Source of the DNA: Chthoniobacteraceae bacterium
GTDB lineage: Bacteria > Verrucomicrobiota > Verrucomicrobiia > Chthoniobacterales > Chthoniobacteraceae
Direction: 5' to 3'
Assembly: GCA_040081625.1 (NCBI GenBank)
Contig: JBEBGD010000004.1
Span: 54,051 to 118,050 of the forward strand
Length of the DNA stretch: 64,000 bases
The position numbers were made by a program, and so were the translations under genes. The notes under the pieces were generated by a model. The model searched no databases and was not told where the DNA came from. It saw only the letters and a list, made by a program, of their open reading frames with translations. Every line of letters starts with the position of its first letter. The stretch's first letter is position 1. Shown piece by piece: positions 54,388-64,000 of the stretch.

Positions 54388-55218
54388 ATTCGCGTCCGGA
54401 TCCTCGGCGCAGCGGCGGGAGGTGGACTGCCGCAGTGGAATTGCGGCTGCGCGAACTGCCACGCCGCGCGGAGCGGTGAGCTCGCGCCGATGCTCCAGTC
54501 GGGCGTCGCACTCGGCGTGGAAGGCGGGCGCTGGATTTTGGTGAATGCGTCGCCCGACATCCGCGCGCAGATCGAGGCCTTCCCGGAGCTGCATCCGCGG
54601 AGCGAGCGCGATACGCCCATCGCCGGCGTGCTGCTCACAAATGCCGACCTCGACCATGTGCTCGGCCTTTACATGCTGCGCGAAGGCGGCGCGCTCGACG
54701 TGTTCGCGACGGACGCGACGCGCGAGTGCATCGAGCGGCATCTCGGCATCGGCGCGGCGCACCGCGGGATTCGCTGGCTCGCTCCGCCGCTTGTGCGGAT
54801 GCGCGCGATTCCGCTCCCGGCTGCGGCGCCGCGCTACGCCACGCCGTTCGCGGGCGAGCACAGCGTCGCGTTCGAGATCGAAGGCGAGCACGGCACGCTC
54901 GTGGTCGCGCCGGACGTGGGCGAGATCACGCCGGATCTCGACGCCGCGCTGCACCGCGCGTCGGCGGTGCTGTTCGACGGCACATTCTGGAGCGACGACG
55001 AACTCCAACAGATCGAGCCAAAGGCGCGCACCGCCCGCGAGATGGGTCATCTGCCGGTGCAGGCGAGTCTGCCGCGACTCGCCGCGCTGCCAGCCCGCGT
55101 GAAAGTCTTCCTCCACATCAACAACACCAACCCGATCCTCGCGCACTCAGCGGAGCGCGCCGCCGTCGAGACGGCCGGCTGGCAGGTCGGGCGCGATGGG
55201 TTCGAGTTCGACGTATGA
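54388..55218 (+). CDS. pqqB: PQQ biosynthesis protein B (ATT start inferred)
   Basis: [46 protein letters not shown]. Confidence 0.92.
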   Translation: MRVRILGAAAGGGLPQWNCGCANCHAARSGELAPMLQSGVALGVEGGRWILVNASPDIRAQIEAFPELHPRSERDTPIAGVLLTNADLDHVLGLYMLREGGALDVFATDATRECIERHLGIGAAHRGIRWLAPPLVRMRAIPLPAAAPRYATPFAGEHSVAFEIEGEHGTLVVAPDVGEITPDLDAALHRASAVLFDGTFWSDDELQQIEPKARTAREMGHLPVQASLPRLAALPARVKVFLHINNTNPILAHSAERAAVETAGWQVGRDGFEFDV

Positions 55219-55889
55219 GCGACGCGACCTTCCTCGCCGGGCTGCGCGAAGTCGGAGCGCGCGCGTATCACGACCGGCATCCATTTCACGTCGCGATGAA
55301 TGCCGGCGAACTCTCGCCGGACGCGATCCGCGCGTGGGTCGCCAACCGCTTTTACTACCAGCGCTCCATCCCGCTGAAGGACGCGGCGATCATCTCGAAC
55401 TGCCCGCTGCGCGAAGTCCGACGCGTGTGGCTCCATCGCATCGTCGATCACGACGGGACCGCCAGCGACGAAGGCGGCATCGAAGCGTGGCTGCGGCTCG
55501 GCGAAGCGTGCGGACTCCCGCGCGAGGAACTGCTCGCCGAGGCGCGCGTGCTGCCCGGCGTGCGTTTCGCCGTCGATGCCTACGTCACCTTCGCACGCAC
55601 GCAGCCGTGGCCCGTCGCCATCGCGTCGTCGCTCACCGAGCTGTTCGCGCCGGACTTGATGAAGACGCGGCTCGCCGCCTTCGAGCTGCACTACAGGTGG
55701 GTGCAGCCATCGGGCTTCGACTACTTCCGGCGCAGGCTCACGCAGGCGCGGCGCGACTCGGACGAAGCCCTACAACTCACGCTCACGCACTGCGACACGC
55801 CGGAACTCCAGCGCGCCGCCGTCCGCGCGCTTTCATTCAAGTGCGACGTGCTCTGGTCGATGCTCGACGCGATCGCGCACCATGAATGA
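55215..55889 (+). CDS. pqqC: PQQ synthase
   Basis: [43 protein letters not shown]. Confidence 0.96.
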   Translation: MSDATFLAGLREVGARAYHDRHPFHVAMNAGELSPDAIRAWVANRFYYQRSIPLKDAAIISNCPLREVRRVWLHRIVDHDGTASDEGGIEAWLRLGEACGLPREELLAEARVLPGVRFAVDAYVTFARTQPWPVAIASSLTELFAPDLMKTRLAAFELHYRWVQPSGFDYFRRRLTQARRDSDEALQLTLTHCDTPELQRAAVRALSFKCDVLWSMLDAIAHHE

Positions 55890-56163
55890 GCCGCTCGATC
55901 TCCTCGCCCGCCCGGCGCTCGCAGCGGGAGTGCGGCTGCAAACCGACCGCATCACCGGCGAGCCGATGCTGCTCAGCAGCGAAGGCCTCCTCATCCTGAA
56001 CGCGACCTCACAGGCCATCGTCGAGCGTTGCAATGGCAGCACGACGATCGACGCGATCGCGGAATCGCTCGCCGCCGAATACGAAGCCGGCGCGGACGAA
56101 CTGCGCGCCGACGTGCTCGAATGCCTGCGCGATCTCATCGCGCGCCGCCTCATCACGACATGA
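55882..56163 (+). CDS. pqqD: PQQ peptide chaperone (RRE)
   Basis: [23 protein letters not shown]; position in operon. Confidence 0.9.
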   Translation: MNEPLDLLARPALAAGVRLQTDRITGEPMLLSSEGLLILNATSQAIVERCNGSTTIDAIAESLAAEYEAGADELRADVLECLRDLIARRLITT

Positions 56164-57221
56164 CGCCGCGCCCTTACGCCCTGCTCGCGGAACTCACGCA
56201 CCGCTGCCCGCTGCACTGCCCGTATTGCTCGAATCCGGTGAAGCATTCGCAACGCGATGAGTTGAGCACGAGCGAGTGGAGCGACGCGCTCGCGCAGGCC
56301 GCGGCGGTCGGCGTCGTGCAGGTGGGCTTCTCCGGCGGCGAGCCGCTGCTCCGTCGCGACCTCGCGGAGATCGTCGCGTCGGCGCGCGCGGCGGGGCTCT
56401 ATTCAAATCTCATCACAAGCGGCGTCGGCCTCGGCGCCGAACGCGCGCGCTCGCTCCGCGATGCCGGGCTCGACTCGGTGCAGCTCAGCTTTCAAGCCGA
56501 CGACCCCGCGCTCGCCGACGCCATCGCCGGCACCCGCGCGCACGCACAGAAGCTCAATGCCGCGGCCGCGATCCGCGACGCCGGCCTGCCACTCACCGCG
56601 AACGTCGTCCTCCATCGTCACAACATCGACCGCCTCGCGGGCATCATCGACTTCATCGCCGCGCTCGGTGCGCGCCGCGTCGAGCTGGCGAACACGCAAT
56701 ACTACGGCTGGGCGTGGCTGAACCGCGCGCAACTCATGCCGACGCGCGAGCAAGTCGAGCGCGCCGCCGCGATCGCCGCCGCCCCGCGCGATGGGCTCGA
56801 GATCATCTACGTGCCGCCGGACTACTACGACGACCGGCCGAAGCCGTGCCTCCACGGCTGGGGCCAGTCGCACCTCACCATCGCGCCCGGCGGCGAGGTG
56901 CTGCCGTGCCCGACCGCGTGGAGCATCCCGGGGCTCGAGTTTGAAAACGTGCGCGCGCGCCCGCTGGCGGAGATCTGGCGCGACGGCGCGAGCTTCAATG
57001 CCTTTCGTGGCACCGCATGGATGCCCGAGCCGTGCCGGAGCTGCCCGGAGCACGACCGCGACTTCGGCGGCTGCCGCTGCCAGGCCGCGCTCATCGCGGG
57101 CGATGCCGCGGCGACCGATCCGGTCTGCGGCAAATCACCGCTTCGCGCCGAGGTGGACCGAGTGCTCGCGCTGGTGAACGAAAGCGAACCGTCGCTCGCC
57201 GCCTGCGCGCCGCGCACGTAA
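56160..57221 (+). CDS. pqqE: Radical SAM/SPASM enzyme
   Basis: LLAELTHRCPLHCPYCSNP, ELANTQYYGWA, DFGGCRCQA. Confidence 0.96.
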   Translation: MTPRPYALLAELTHRCPLHCPYCSNPVKHSQRDELSTSEWSDALAQAAAVGVVQVGFSGGEPLLRRDLAEIVASARAAGLYSNLITSGVGLGAERARSLRDAGLDSVQLSFQADDPALADAIAGTRAHAQKLNAAAAIRDAGLPLTANVVLHRHNIDRLAGIIDFIAALGARRVELANTQYYGWAWLNRAQLMPTREQVERAAAIAAAPRDGLEIIYVPPDYYDDRPKPCLHGWGQSHLTIAPGGEVLPCPTAWSIPGLEFENVRARPLAEIWRDGASFNAFRGTAWMPEPCRSCPEHDRDFGGCRCQAALIAGDAAATDPVCGKSPLRAEVDRVLALVNESEPSLAACAPRT

Positions 57222-57269
57222 ATCGCGGTTGCCGCGGGCGTGGCGCGCGTCCTTACTCGCACCGGCAAC

Positions 57270-57824
57270 ATGAGTTTCCGCGAGGCCTATTACCTCCACG
57301 TCCACGGCGAGCAGCTCGGCCCTTACACGCTGCGCCAGCTCGATCATCAGCTCCAAACCGGGCTGATCTCCGAGGACACGCTCTATTGGTCCGAAAACCT
57401 CGACCAGTGGCAGCCCGTGACGCAGCTCATCCCGCTGCGCAAAAAGTTCCGCCCGCTGCGCGCCGCGATCATCGCGCTCGTGCTGCTCGTGCCGCTCGGT
57501 GCGATGGCGTGGTTCTTCGGCCCCACCGCGCTGGACGGCTGGCGCGAGCAGACGCAGCGGCAGTATTCGCCCGAGGCCGCCTACTGGGCCGCGCGCGGCG
57601 TCGTGCGACACGAACTCGCCGTGGCAAACATGGCGCCGCAGTTCCTTCCCTTCAGCGCGGCGCGCGTCGAGATGGGCGCGGAGAACACTGCGGTCGTGCA
57701 TGTCGAGGGCCGCGCCCTCACCGGCGCCGCCAGCGGTCAGCCCGCCGCGTGGAAAGTGCGGCTGCGCTTCGATCCCGCCGTGCGAACGTGGTCGCCGCTG
57801 CCGGTGCAGCCCGCTTCGCCATGA
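57270..57824 (+). CDS. GYF_2 (DUF4339) domain membrane protein
   Basis: GEQLGPYT..L..GLISEDTLYW.E....WQPV followed by a TM helix. Confidence 0.78.
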   Translation: MSFREAYYLHVHGEQLGPYTLRQLDHQLQTGLISEDTLYWSENLDQWQPVTQLIPLRKKFRPLRAAIIALVLLVPLGAMAWFFGPTALDGWREQTQRQYSPEAAYWAARGVVRHELAVANMAPQFLPFSAARVEMGAENTAVVHVEGRALTGAASGQPAAWKVRLRFDPAVRTWSPLPVQPASP

Positions 57825-58153
57825 CGCGCGCCATCCTCGTGCTCGCGCTCGCGCTCGCGGCGTGCCGGCCCACGCCGACCGCTCCGCTGACGAAGGCCGA
57901 TTTTCCCGGGCAGCCGCCCGTCATCGACGCGCAGCCGGTGGACACGAAGAGCTACGATGCGGGTTACCAAATGGGCTATTCATTCGGCATCGCCGCCGCG
58001 AGCACTCGCGCGAAGCTGCCCGCTCAGGAGGATGTCGATCTCCTCGCCGACGCGGCAGCGGGCGAGGATCCGGCCCGCAACAAAAAGTGGCGCCGTGGAT
58101 GGGCGACGGGGTATCTCGAAGGCTTCCGCTTCCGCGCACTCCAGACCAAGTGA
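57821..58153 (+). CDS. Small lipoprotein
   Basis: LALAAC lipobox; YDAGYQMGY..GWATGY; overlaps both neighbours by 4 nt. Confidence 0.7.
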   Translation: MTRAILVLALALAACRPTPTAPLTKADFPGQPPVIDAQPVDTKSYDAGYQMGYSFGIAAASTRAKLPAQEDVDLLADAAAGEDPARNKKWRRGWATGYLEGFRFRALQTK

Positions 58154-58998
58154 CCTGCCGATTTCCTTTCCTGCTGCTCCTGCTCTCGCTCGCACGTGCC
58201 GACGCGCAGACGGCCGCGAGCGGCGAAGCCGAAGCGGCGAAGTGCCTCGACCACATCGCCTCGGTGCGGCGCGACGTGCTCGGCAAATACGAAGACCAGC
58301 TCGGTGAAATGCAGGCGCAGATGCAGAAGGCCGCCGACCTCGAGAGCGCGCTCACCGTCCGCGCCGAGCGGAAACGCGTGCGCGCCGACGCTGCGCTCAG
58401 CGAGGCGAATTTCGTGGCCGAGCCGCGCACGCTGCGCGCGCTCCAGCAGCAGACCGCGGCGCGGCTCGATGATCTGTGCGCGAGCGTCGTCGCCGAGTCG
58501 ATCCCACGACTGGTCGAGCTGAAAAAGCAGCTCACCATCGCGGGCCAACTCGACGACGCCGTGGCCGTGCGCGGATTGATCGAGAAGCTCCAAAACGAGC
58601 ACGTCCCCCTCACCCGCCCCGCCACCGGCGCGCTCGTGCAGGCCGACACGCTCGTGACCGCCTACGCCGCGGACCGCGCGCGCGCCGACAAGGCTTACAA
58701 GGAGGCGCGTGTCACGGTGCGGGGCGCGTTGGTGACGTATCGCATCGACCCCGCCGATTCGCGCAAGGCGACCATCTACCTCGGCCACGCCGGCGGCACC
58801 GGCTGGGTCGCGTGCATCTTCGAGGACGGTGCGCGCTTCCGCGAAGACAAGTCTTTCAACACGACCGCGCTCGTCATCTCGAGCCTCGCCGGCTCGACGC
58901 TCGCGCGCTGGCAGACCGGCCAGACGGTCGAGATCCAGGGCACGTGCGAAGGGTTCGAGGATGTGGTGCGGCTGGCGAAATGCGAACTGCCGAAATAA
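58150..58998 (+). CDS. Exported helical + OB-fold (tRNA_anti-like) protein
   Basis: LVTAY..DRARADKAYK...VTVRG...GQTVEIQGTCEG. Confidence 0.65.
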   Translation: MTCRFPFLLLLLSLARADAQTAASGEAEAAKCLDHIASVRRDVLGKYEDQLGEMQAQMQKAADLESALTVRAERKRVRADAALSEANFVAEPRTLRALQQQTAARLDDLCASVVAESIPRLVELKKQLTIAGQLDDAVAVRGLIEKLQNEHVPLTRPATGALVQADTLVTAYAADRARADKAYKEARVTVRGALVTYRIDPADSRKATIYLGHAGGTGWVACIFEDGARFREDKSFNTTALVISSLAGSTLARWQTGQTVEIQGTCEGFEDVVRLAKCELPK

Positions 58999-59013
58999 AC
59001 GCGCCGCCTTCGT

Positions 59014-59418
59014 TTACGCCAGGCTCTCGTCACCGTCGCTCCGGCCGAGAATTCGTTCGACCGTGGCGATGAGCATTTTCATCGTGAAAGGCTTCTCGAG
59101 CAGCGGCAAAGCACGGGCTTCCTCCCTGTGCGGCAGCGTGCTCGACATCAGCAGGATCGAAGTCCGGGGGTGTTCGCTCATGAGCCAGCACGCGAGGTCG
59201 TCGCCGCGCATCCGCGGCATCTCGATGTCCGTGATCACGAGATCGATGGCCGTCCCGTTGGTCGCGAGGACTTCCTGCGCTTCCACGCCATCGCGGGCGA
59301 TCAAGGAGCGATGCCCCCTGAGACCAAGCGCCTTCGCGACCGATTGCGCGATGATCGGGTAGTCATCGACGACCAGAATTGTGGCTCCGTCCTTGAGCTG
59401 CGTCTTCGGTTCGTCCAT
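59014..59418 (-). CDS. Single-domain response regulator
   Basis: ILVVDD, DLVITDIEMP, EKPF. Confidence 0.88.
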   Translation of the reverse strand: MDEPKTQLKDGATILVVDDYPIIAQSVAKALGLRGHRSLIARDGVEAQEVLATNGTAIDLVITDIEMPRMRGDDLACWLMSEHPRTSILLMSSTLPHREEARALPLLEKPFTMKMLIATVERILGRSDGDESLA

Positions 59419-59530
59419 GGGATGCAATGTAAGCAATCGCAGGCCCTCGCGCCATCGGCCCGCTCCCGCTGCGTGAGCACGGACTATCCCCCATCGCCGC
59501 TAAGGTAATTCCTCAGCGCCGCCGGCGATT

Positions 59531-60199
59531 TCATGCCTCAGCCACCCATCGCGCCGCGTAGGAGGTCAGCTCTGCTGCGCTGCTGATCCCGAGCTTGGCC
59601 TTGATGTTCAAGCGGTGCGCCTCCACGGTCTTCGGGCTGATGTGCAGCAGCCCGCCGATCTCTTTCGTGGCGAGGCCGCGTGCGATGAGGCGGAAGATTT
59701 CGAACTCCCGGTCGCTGAGCAATTCGATCGAACCGCCGGTCGTGCCGGCGCTTCTCCCGGTGAGATTCTGGAGGACCCGCGCGGAGACTTTTTCGCTCAC
59801 GACGATGTCCCCGGCGAGCACGCGGCGGATGGCTTCCAGCAGTTTCGCGCCGCCGGCGACTTTCATGATGTAGCCCGCGGCACCGGCCTTCAGCGCGCGC
59901 TCGGCGTAGTTCGATTCGTCGTGCATCGACATCACCAGGACGGGCAGCGAGGGAGCGACGGCTTTGAGGTCCTTGATCAATTCGAGGCCGCTCTTGTCCG
60001 GAAGCGTGATGTCCGCGAGCACGAGGTCGGGCTTGGTTTTGAGCGCGGCGCCGAGCCCCGCGGCGGCCGAGTCGGCTTCCGCGCACACGCACAGATCGGG
60101 CTGGCTGCCGATGAGGTGGGCGACGCCTTCGCGCGTCATCGGGTGATCATCGACGATGAGCACACGAGCCCTTTTCGGTGGAGTCTTCTTCGTCTTCAT
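59531..60199 (-). CDS. NarL/LuxR family response regulator
   Basis: VLIVDDHP, DITLP, LSDREFEIF..ISPKTVEAHR. Confidence 0.93.
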   Translation of the reverse strand: MKTKKTPPKRARVLIVDDHPMTREGVAHLIGSQPDLCVCAEADSAAAGLGAALKTKPDLVLADITLPDKSGLELIKDLKAVAPSLPVLVMSMHDESNYAERALKAGAAGYIMKVAGGAKLLEAIRRVLAGDIVVSEKVSARVLQNLTGRSAGTTGGSIELLSDREFEIFRLIARGLATKEIGGLLHISPKTVEAHRLNIKAKLGISSAAELTSYAARWVAEA

Positions 60200-60200
60200 T

Positions 60201-61973
60201 TCACGAGGGCTGGAATTCACAACTCACTGAGGTGCCGCCGCCGGCCCTTGGCTGGATGCGAAGTGTCGCGCCGATCATCTCGCTGCGGTATTGCATGATG
60301 CGCAGGCCCATGCCGGTGGATTCCCAAATGGACGTCGAGCAACCCATGCCATCGTCCGCGATGGTGAGCGCCGCGCCTCTTGCAGTGCCGGCGAGCGACA
60401 CCACGACGCGCGTGGCGCGGCCGTGCCGGACGGCATTGCTAACCGCCTCCTGCGCGATGCGGTAGAGGTGCGTCGCCTTGAGTGGATCGGCGACGAGCAC
60501 AGTCACCGTGCTGTGAAACTCGCACGCGACACGAAAGAGCGCGGTCATGTTCGCCACCAGCTCCCGGAGCGCCGGCGCGAGGCCTTCGCCGCCGAGCTGA
60601 ACCGGCGAGAGCCCGCGGGCCAGCGAGCGGGCCTGCAGCGTGGCCGTGCGGAGGTAGGCACCGATCCTCTCCACAGCCTTTTGCGCCGCCGGGAGGCCGT
60701 CGAGCTGGGTCTTGAGTGCCTCGGTGTGCATCTCGATCCCCGTGAGCTGCTGGCAGAGGTCGTCGTGCAAGTCCTGGCCGATCCGCGTCCGCTCGTTGTC
60801 GCTGGTCTTGAGTAGCTCCTCCTCGAGGTCGCGCCGGTCGATCGCCGCGCCGAGGACATTGGCGACGGCCTGGACAAAATGGACGTCGTCAGCGCTGAAT
60901 TTACGCGGCCGGTCGCTGAACACGGCCAGCACGCCGAACGGCTGGCCACGTCTACGAATCCCGACGCTGAGGCTGCTGGCGACGCGGAAGTCCGCCAGCA
61001 TCGAAGGCCGCCGGAAACGCGACCCGGCCTGGTGATCCTCGACGATGACAGGCACATCCGAGTGCAGCGTGAACCCCTCCAGCGAATCGCGGCCGCTGCT
61101 CACCCTCGCAGCGCCTGCGCCTCCGGCTTTCCACCCCGCGCCGGCGGTCACGAGCAAGTCGCCGGACTCCGGCTGCAGCTCGAGCACCCGGCAACTTTCG
61201 AAACCGAGCACCTGCGGCACGACCCCGACGACATCGAGAATCAAGCGGTCGAAATCCCGACCCGCGAGCGCGTGCTGGCCGAGTTCCGCCACGGCCTGCT
61301 GCTGGCTGCGGCTCTGCTGCGCCTCGGCGACTTGCCTGCGCGACGTGAAGTCGGTGATCGCCGTGCGGCACACGCTGCCGTGCAGTTCCGGATCATGCAC
61401 CAGCATGCTCTGCAGCAGCACGGTCATGGGTTCGTGGCCTTTCCGAAGCAGGCGCAACTCGGTCGCGGCGTGCTCGTCCGGCGTCGTGAGTTTCGCCAGG
61501 TGTGCGCGAAACGCCGTCACGTCCTCGCGCACGACGTGCGACCGAAACGGCGCACCGATCAGCCGCGACCTCGCGCCACCGAGCATCGCAGCGGCGGTGA
61601 GGTTGAGTTCGCGGATGATGCCCTTGTCGTCGAGCGTCACGTAGCCGACGGGCGCAAAGTCGTAGAGGTCGGCGTAGCGGTCGCGCGAACTTTCGAGAAG
61701 CAACTGTGCGCCGATCAACTCGCGGTTCTGCGTTTCGAGCTCGATCTGGTGGACATGCAATTCGTGCAGAAGCCGCCCGGCGGGATCACGCTTCTCGATC
61801 ACCTTGATGAGCCGGATCAGCTCCGCCCTGGTCAGGTGCCGGTAGTTTTTCACCGCGCTCCCGCCGCTGCCATCGCGGACAGGATCGGCGGCGTCCGCCC
61901 GCCGCCGCGCGCGGAGTTTGCGCGGGGCTTTCGTCGTCGGCGACTTTGTGGGCTTTCGCTGGCTCGCACTCAT
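60201..61973 (-). CDS. PAS-GAF sensor histidine kinase (HisKA_3)
   Basis: LYDFAPVGY PAS, GAF, ERTRIGQDLHDDLCQ, QEAVSNAVRHG, DDGMG. Confidence 0.92.
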   Translation of the reverse strand: MSASQRKPTKSPTTKAPRKLRARRRADAADPVRDGSGGSAVKNYRHLTRAELIRLIKVIEKRDPAGRLLHELHVHQIELETQNRELIGAQLLLESSRDRYADLYDFAPVGYVTLDDKGIIRELNLTAAAMLGGARSRLIGAPFRSHVVREDVTAFRAHLAKLTTPDEHAATELRLLRKGHEPMTVLLQSMLVHDPELHGSVCRTAITDFTSRRQVAEAQQSRSQQQAVAELGQHALAGRDFDRLILDVVGVVPQVLGFESCRVLELQPESGDLLVTAGAGWKAGGAGAARVSSGRDSLEGFTLHSDVPVIVEDHQAGSRFRRPSMLADFRVASSLSVGIRRRGQPFGVLAVFSDRPRKFSADDVHFVQAVANVLGAAIDRRDLEEELLKTSDNERTRIGQDLHDDLCQQLTGIEMHTEALKTQLDGLPAAQKAVERIGAYLRTATLQARSLARGLSPVQLGGEGLAPALRELVANMTALFRVACEFHSTVTVLVADPLKATHLYRIAQEAVSNAVRHGRATRVVVSLAGTARGAALTIADDGMGCSTSIWESTGMGLRIMQYRSEMIGATLRIQPRAGGGTSVSCEFQPS

Positions 61974-62063
61974 GGCATCGCCACCATTTACATTCGCGAG
62001 GCGGTCTGCAATCCCCGCGTCGCCGCCTTGTCATCCGCGCGGGCCGCGTGTAATTCGCGGCCC

Positions 62064-62819
62064 ATGCCGGAACTCATCGAGCCGATCGGACTCAAGAACG
62101 CCAAACATCTCGACGACCTCGAGCACAAGAAGGTCGAGGAGGACGAATACAAACCGAAGCTCAAGGAAGCCCAGATGGCGCTGCTGCGCTGGCAGCGCGA
62201 GCTGAGCGAATCGAAGAATTCGCTCGTCGTCATCTTCGAGGGGCCGGATGCGGCGGGCAAGGGTGGCGCGATCAAGCGCATCACCGAGCGGCTCGATCCG
62301 CGCACGATCCGCGTTCACTCGGTCGTGAAGCCGACGAGCGAGGAGTATCAGCACCATTACCTGTGGCGGTTTTGGAACAAGCTGCCGCCTTACGGGCAGA
62401 TGACGATCTTCGACCGCTCGTGGTATGGCCGCGTGCTCGTCGAGCGTGTCGAGGGCTTCGCGACCGACAAGGAATGGAAGCGCGCCTACCAGGAGATCAA
62501 CGACTTCGAGCGCACGCTCGCGGAGGATGGAGCGATCATCGTGAAGTGCTACCTCCACATCTCCAAGGACGAGCAACTCTACCGCTTCAAGCGCCGCGAG
62601 GCCGACCCGATGAAGCACTGGAAAATCAACGAGGAGGACTGGCGCAACCGCAAGAAATGGAGCGAGCACAACCAAGCCGCGGAGGACATGTTCGAGAAGA
62701 CCTCGACCGACATCGCCCCGTGGAACGTGCTGGGTTCGAACTTCAAGTGGTGGGCGCGCGTGAAAGTCGTGAAGACCGTCGTCGAGGCGATCGAGAACGC
62801 CAAACTGCGCAAGGCATGA
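62064..62819 (+). CDS. ppk2: Polyphosphate kinase 2 family protein (single domain)
   Basis: FEGPDAAGKGG, FDRSWYGRVLVERV, WKINEEDWRNR. Confidence 0.92.
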   Translation: MPELIEPIGLKNAKHLDDLEHKKVEEDEYKPKLKEAQMALLRWQRELSESKNSLVVIFEGPDAAGKGGAIKRITERLDPRTIRVHSVVKPTSEEYQHHYLWRFWNKLPPYGQMTIFDRSWYGRVLVERVEGFATDKEWKRAYQEINDFERTLAEDGAIIVKCYLHISKDEQLYRFKRREADPMKHWKINEEDWRNRKKWSEHNQAAEDMFEKTSTDIAPWNVLGSNFKWWARVKVVKTVVEAIENAKLRKA

Positions 62820-63478
62820 TGGGCCGTGCGCTGACTGCATCCGCGGCGCTGCTGCTCCTCGCCGGCTGCGACAAGATCCTCACGGACCGGCCAAAGGAAA
62901 AGATCGCCGCCGCGCAGGCGAAGGCGAAAGCCGGCGAGCATCGCGACGCGGTCGAGCTCTACGAGGACGCGCTCGACGGCACGAGCACGACCGCAGAGGT
63001 CCACTACCGGCTCGCGGTCATCTACGATGAGAAGCTCAAGCGCCCCGCGAGCGCGCTGCACCATTTCCAGCGCTACATCGACCTCGCGCCGAAGGGGACG
63101 TTTGCCGACGAGGCGCGCGCATGGGTGAAGGATGGCCAGCGAAAGCTCGCCGGGGGTCTCGGCGGCGGCGGGCCCGCCACCCAGACTGAGCTCATCCGGT
63201 TCAAGAACGAAAACCTCAGCCTTCAAAGGCAACTCATCGAAGCGAAGCAACGCATCGCCGCTCTGAGCGTCACCGCGGCCAAACGCGCCGAGGAAACCAA
63301 GGCGCCGCTGCCGCCGGGCGCACGACGGCACACGGTGCAGACGGGCGATACGCCGTCGTCCATCTCGCAGAAATACTACGGCACACGGAGCCACGCGCAG
63401 GACATCCTGGACGCCAACCACAACCAGCTCGCCGGGAAGAAAGTGATCAAGCCGGGGCAGATCCTCATCATCCCGTGA
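62816..63478 (+). CDS. TPR/coiled-coil/LysM lipoprotein
   Basis: LLAGC lipobox; [15 protein letters not shown]...[10 protein letters not shown]. Confidence 0.85.
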   Translation: MMGRALTASAALLLLAGCDKILTDRPKEKIAAAQAKAKAGEHRDAVELYEDALDGTSTTAEVHYRLAVIYDEKLKRPASALHHFQRYIDLAPKGTFADEARAWVKDGQRKLAGGLGGGGPATQTELIRFKNENLSLQRQLIEAKQRIAALSVTAAKRAEETKAPLPPGARRHTVQTGDTPSSISQKYYGTRSHAQDILDANHNQLAGKKVIKPGQILIIP

Positions 63479-63542
63479 TGCGGATTGTGGAAAAACAGCG
63501 TTGTCAGCGCGCCACGTGATCGTTAAAGCAGCGATCCAATCT

Positions 63543-63920
63543 ATGAAGCGCATCGTCATTTCGTTCGCCGCCGCCTTGAGCCTCGTGCTGATGCCGGCGT
63601 GCGTGAGCAACCCAAAGCCCAAGCGACCACCCGGCGGTTTCCAGCCACCTTCAGGTGAAACGCCGGTGGATCAACCTGGCGACCTCCCACCCGTCGAGCC
63701 TCCGCCGACGGCGCAGAACGAGCCGCCGCCACCGCCGCCACCGCCGAGCAATGCACCGAAGGCCACCGGCGATCTGCCCTACGGCAAGCCAGTGCCCGGC
63801 AAGCCCGGCTACGTCACCAGTCCGTATGCGCCCGCACAAGGCTACGTCGATGTGCGCGGCTTTCCGCCCGGCACCGAAGTGCGCTGCCCTTACACGCAGA
63901 AAATCTTCCTCGTTCCGTAG
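63543..63920 (+). CDS. Pro-rich lipoprotein with compact C-terminal domain
   Basis: Lipobox-like [41 protein letters not shown]. Confidence 0.75.
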   Translation: MKRIVISFAAALSLVLMPACVSNPKPKRPPGGFQPPSGETPVDQPGDLPPVEPPPTAQNEPPPPPPPPSNAPKATGDLPYGKPVPGKPGYVTSPYAPAQGYVDVRGFPPGTEVRCPYTQKIFLVP

Positions 63921-63939
63921 CGGTCGCTGCTCCTCCCTC

Positions 63940-63982
63940 AGCCCCGGCCCGCTCGGAAACCAGCGGGCCGGGGCTTTTTTTT
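63940..63982 (+). terminator. Rho-independent terminator
   Basis: agccccggcccgct...agcgggccggggct followed by a T-run. Confidence 0.9.
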
Positions 63983-64000
63983 CCGCATGTCCTCCTGCGT

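Noticed and set aside
54110..57221. PQQ operon as an island integrated at tRNA-Arg
   Set aside because: The operon lies 5' of (divergent from) the tRNA; no integrase or duplicated tRNA 3' end was seen, and GC looks host-like
54283..57221. Novel non-PQQ RiPP or mycofactocin cluster
   Set aside because: PqqB, PqqC and PqqE signature motifs and gene order are canonical for PQQ

Overview
High-GC bacterial chromosome segment, most consistent with Verrucomicrobiota (Chthoniobacter-like) or another PVC lineage. This is inferred from PVC-type CxxCH dehydrogenase, DUF1549/DUF1553/DUF1501 genes, sulfatases and a GldAFG-like/DUF4340 module. Housekeeping content includes infC, dnaE, pdxH, prc, cyclophilin, aguA/aguB, ppk2, tRNA-Asn(GTT) and tRNA-Arg(CCG). 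A compact pqqABCDE operon is also present. An accessory island at ~6.8-10.5 kb carries an unexplained AT-rich 42-bp-periodic dyad array in front of a small winged-helix gene, a low-GC cassette bracketed by REP-like hairpins, and a rearranged toxin-antitoxin locus. Other notable signals are a REP-like inverted-repeat doublet inserted in-frame in dnaE, a pqqB that can apparently start only at ATT, a structured infC leader, a chimeric C39-like paralog that has lost its catalytic Cys, and a cNMP/Fe-S protein with three large insertions. All calls come from motif recognition by eye; no database searches were run.
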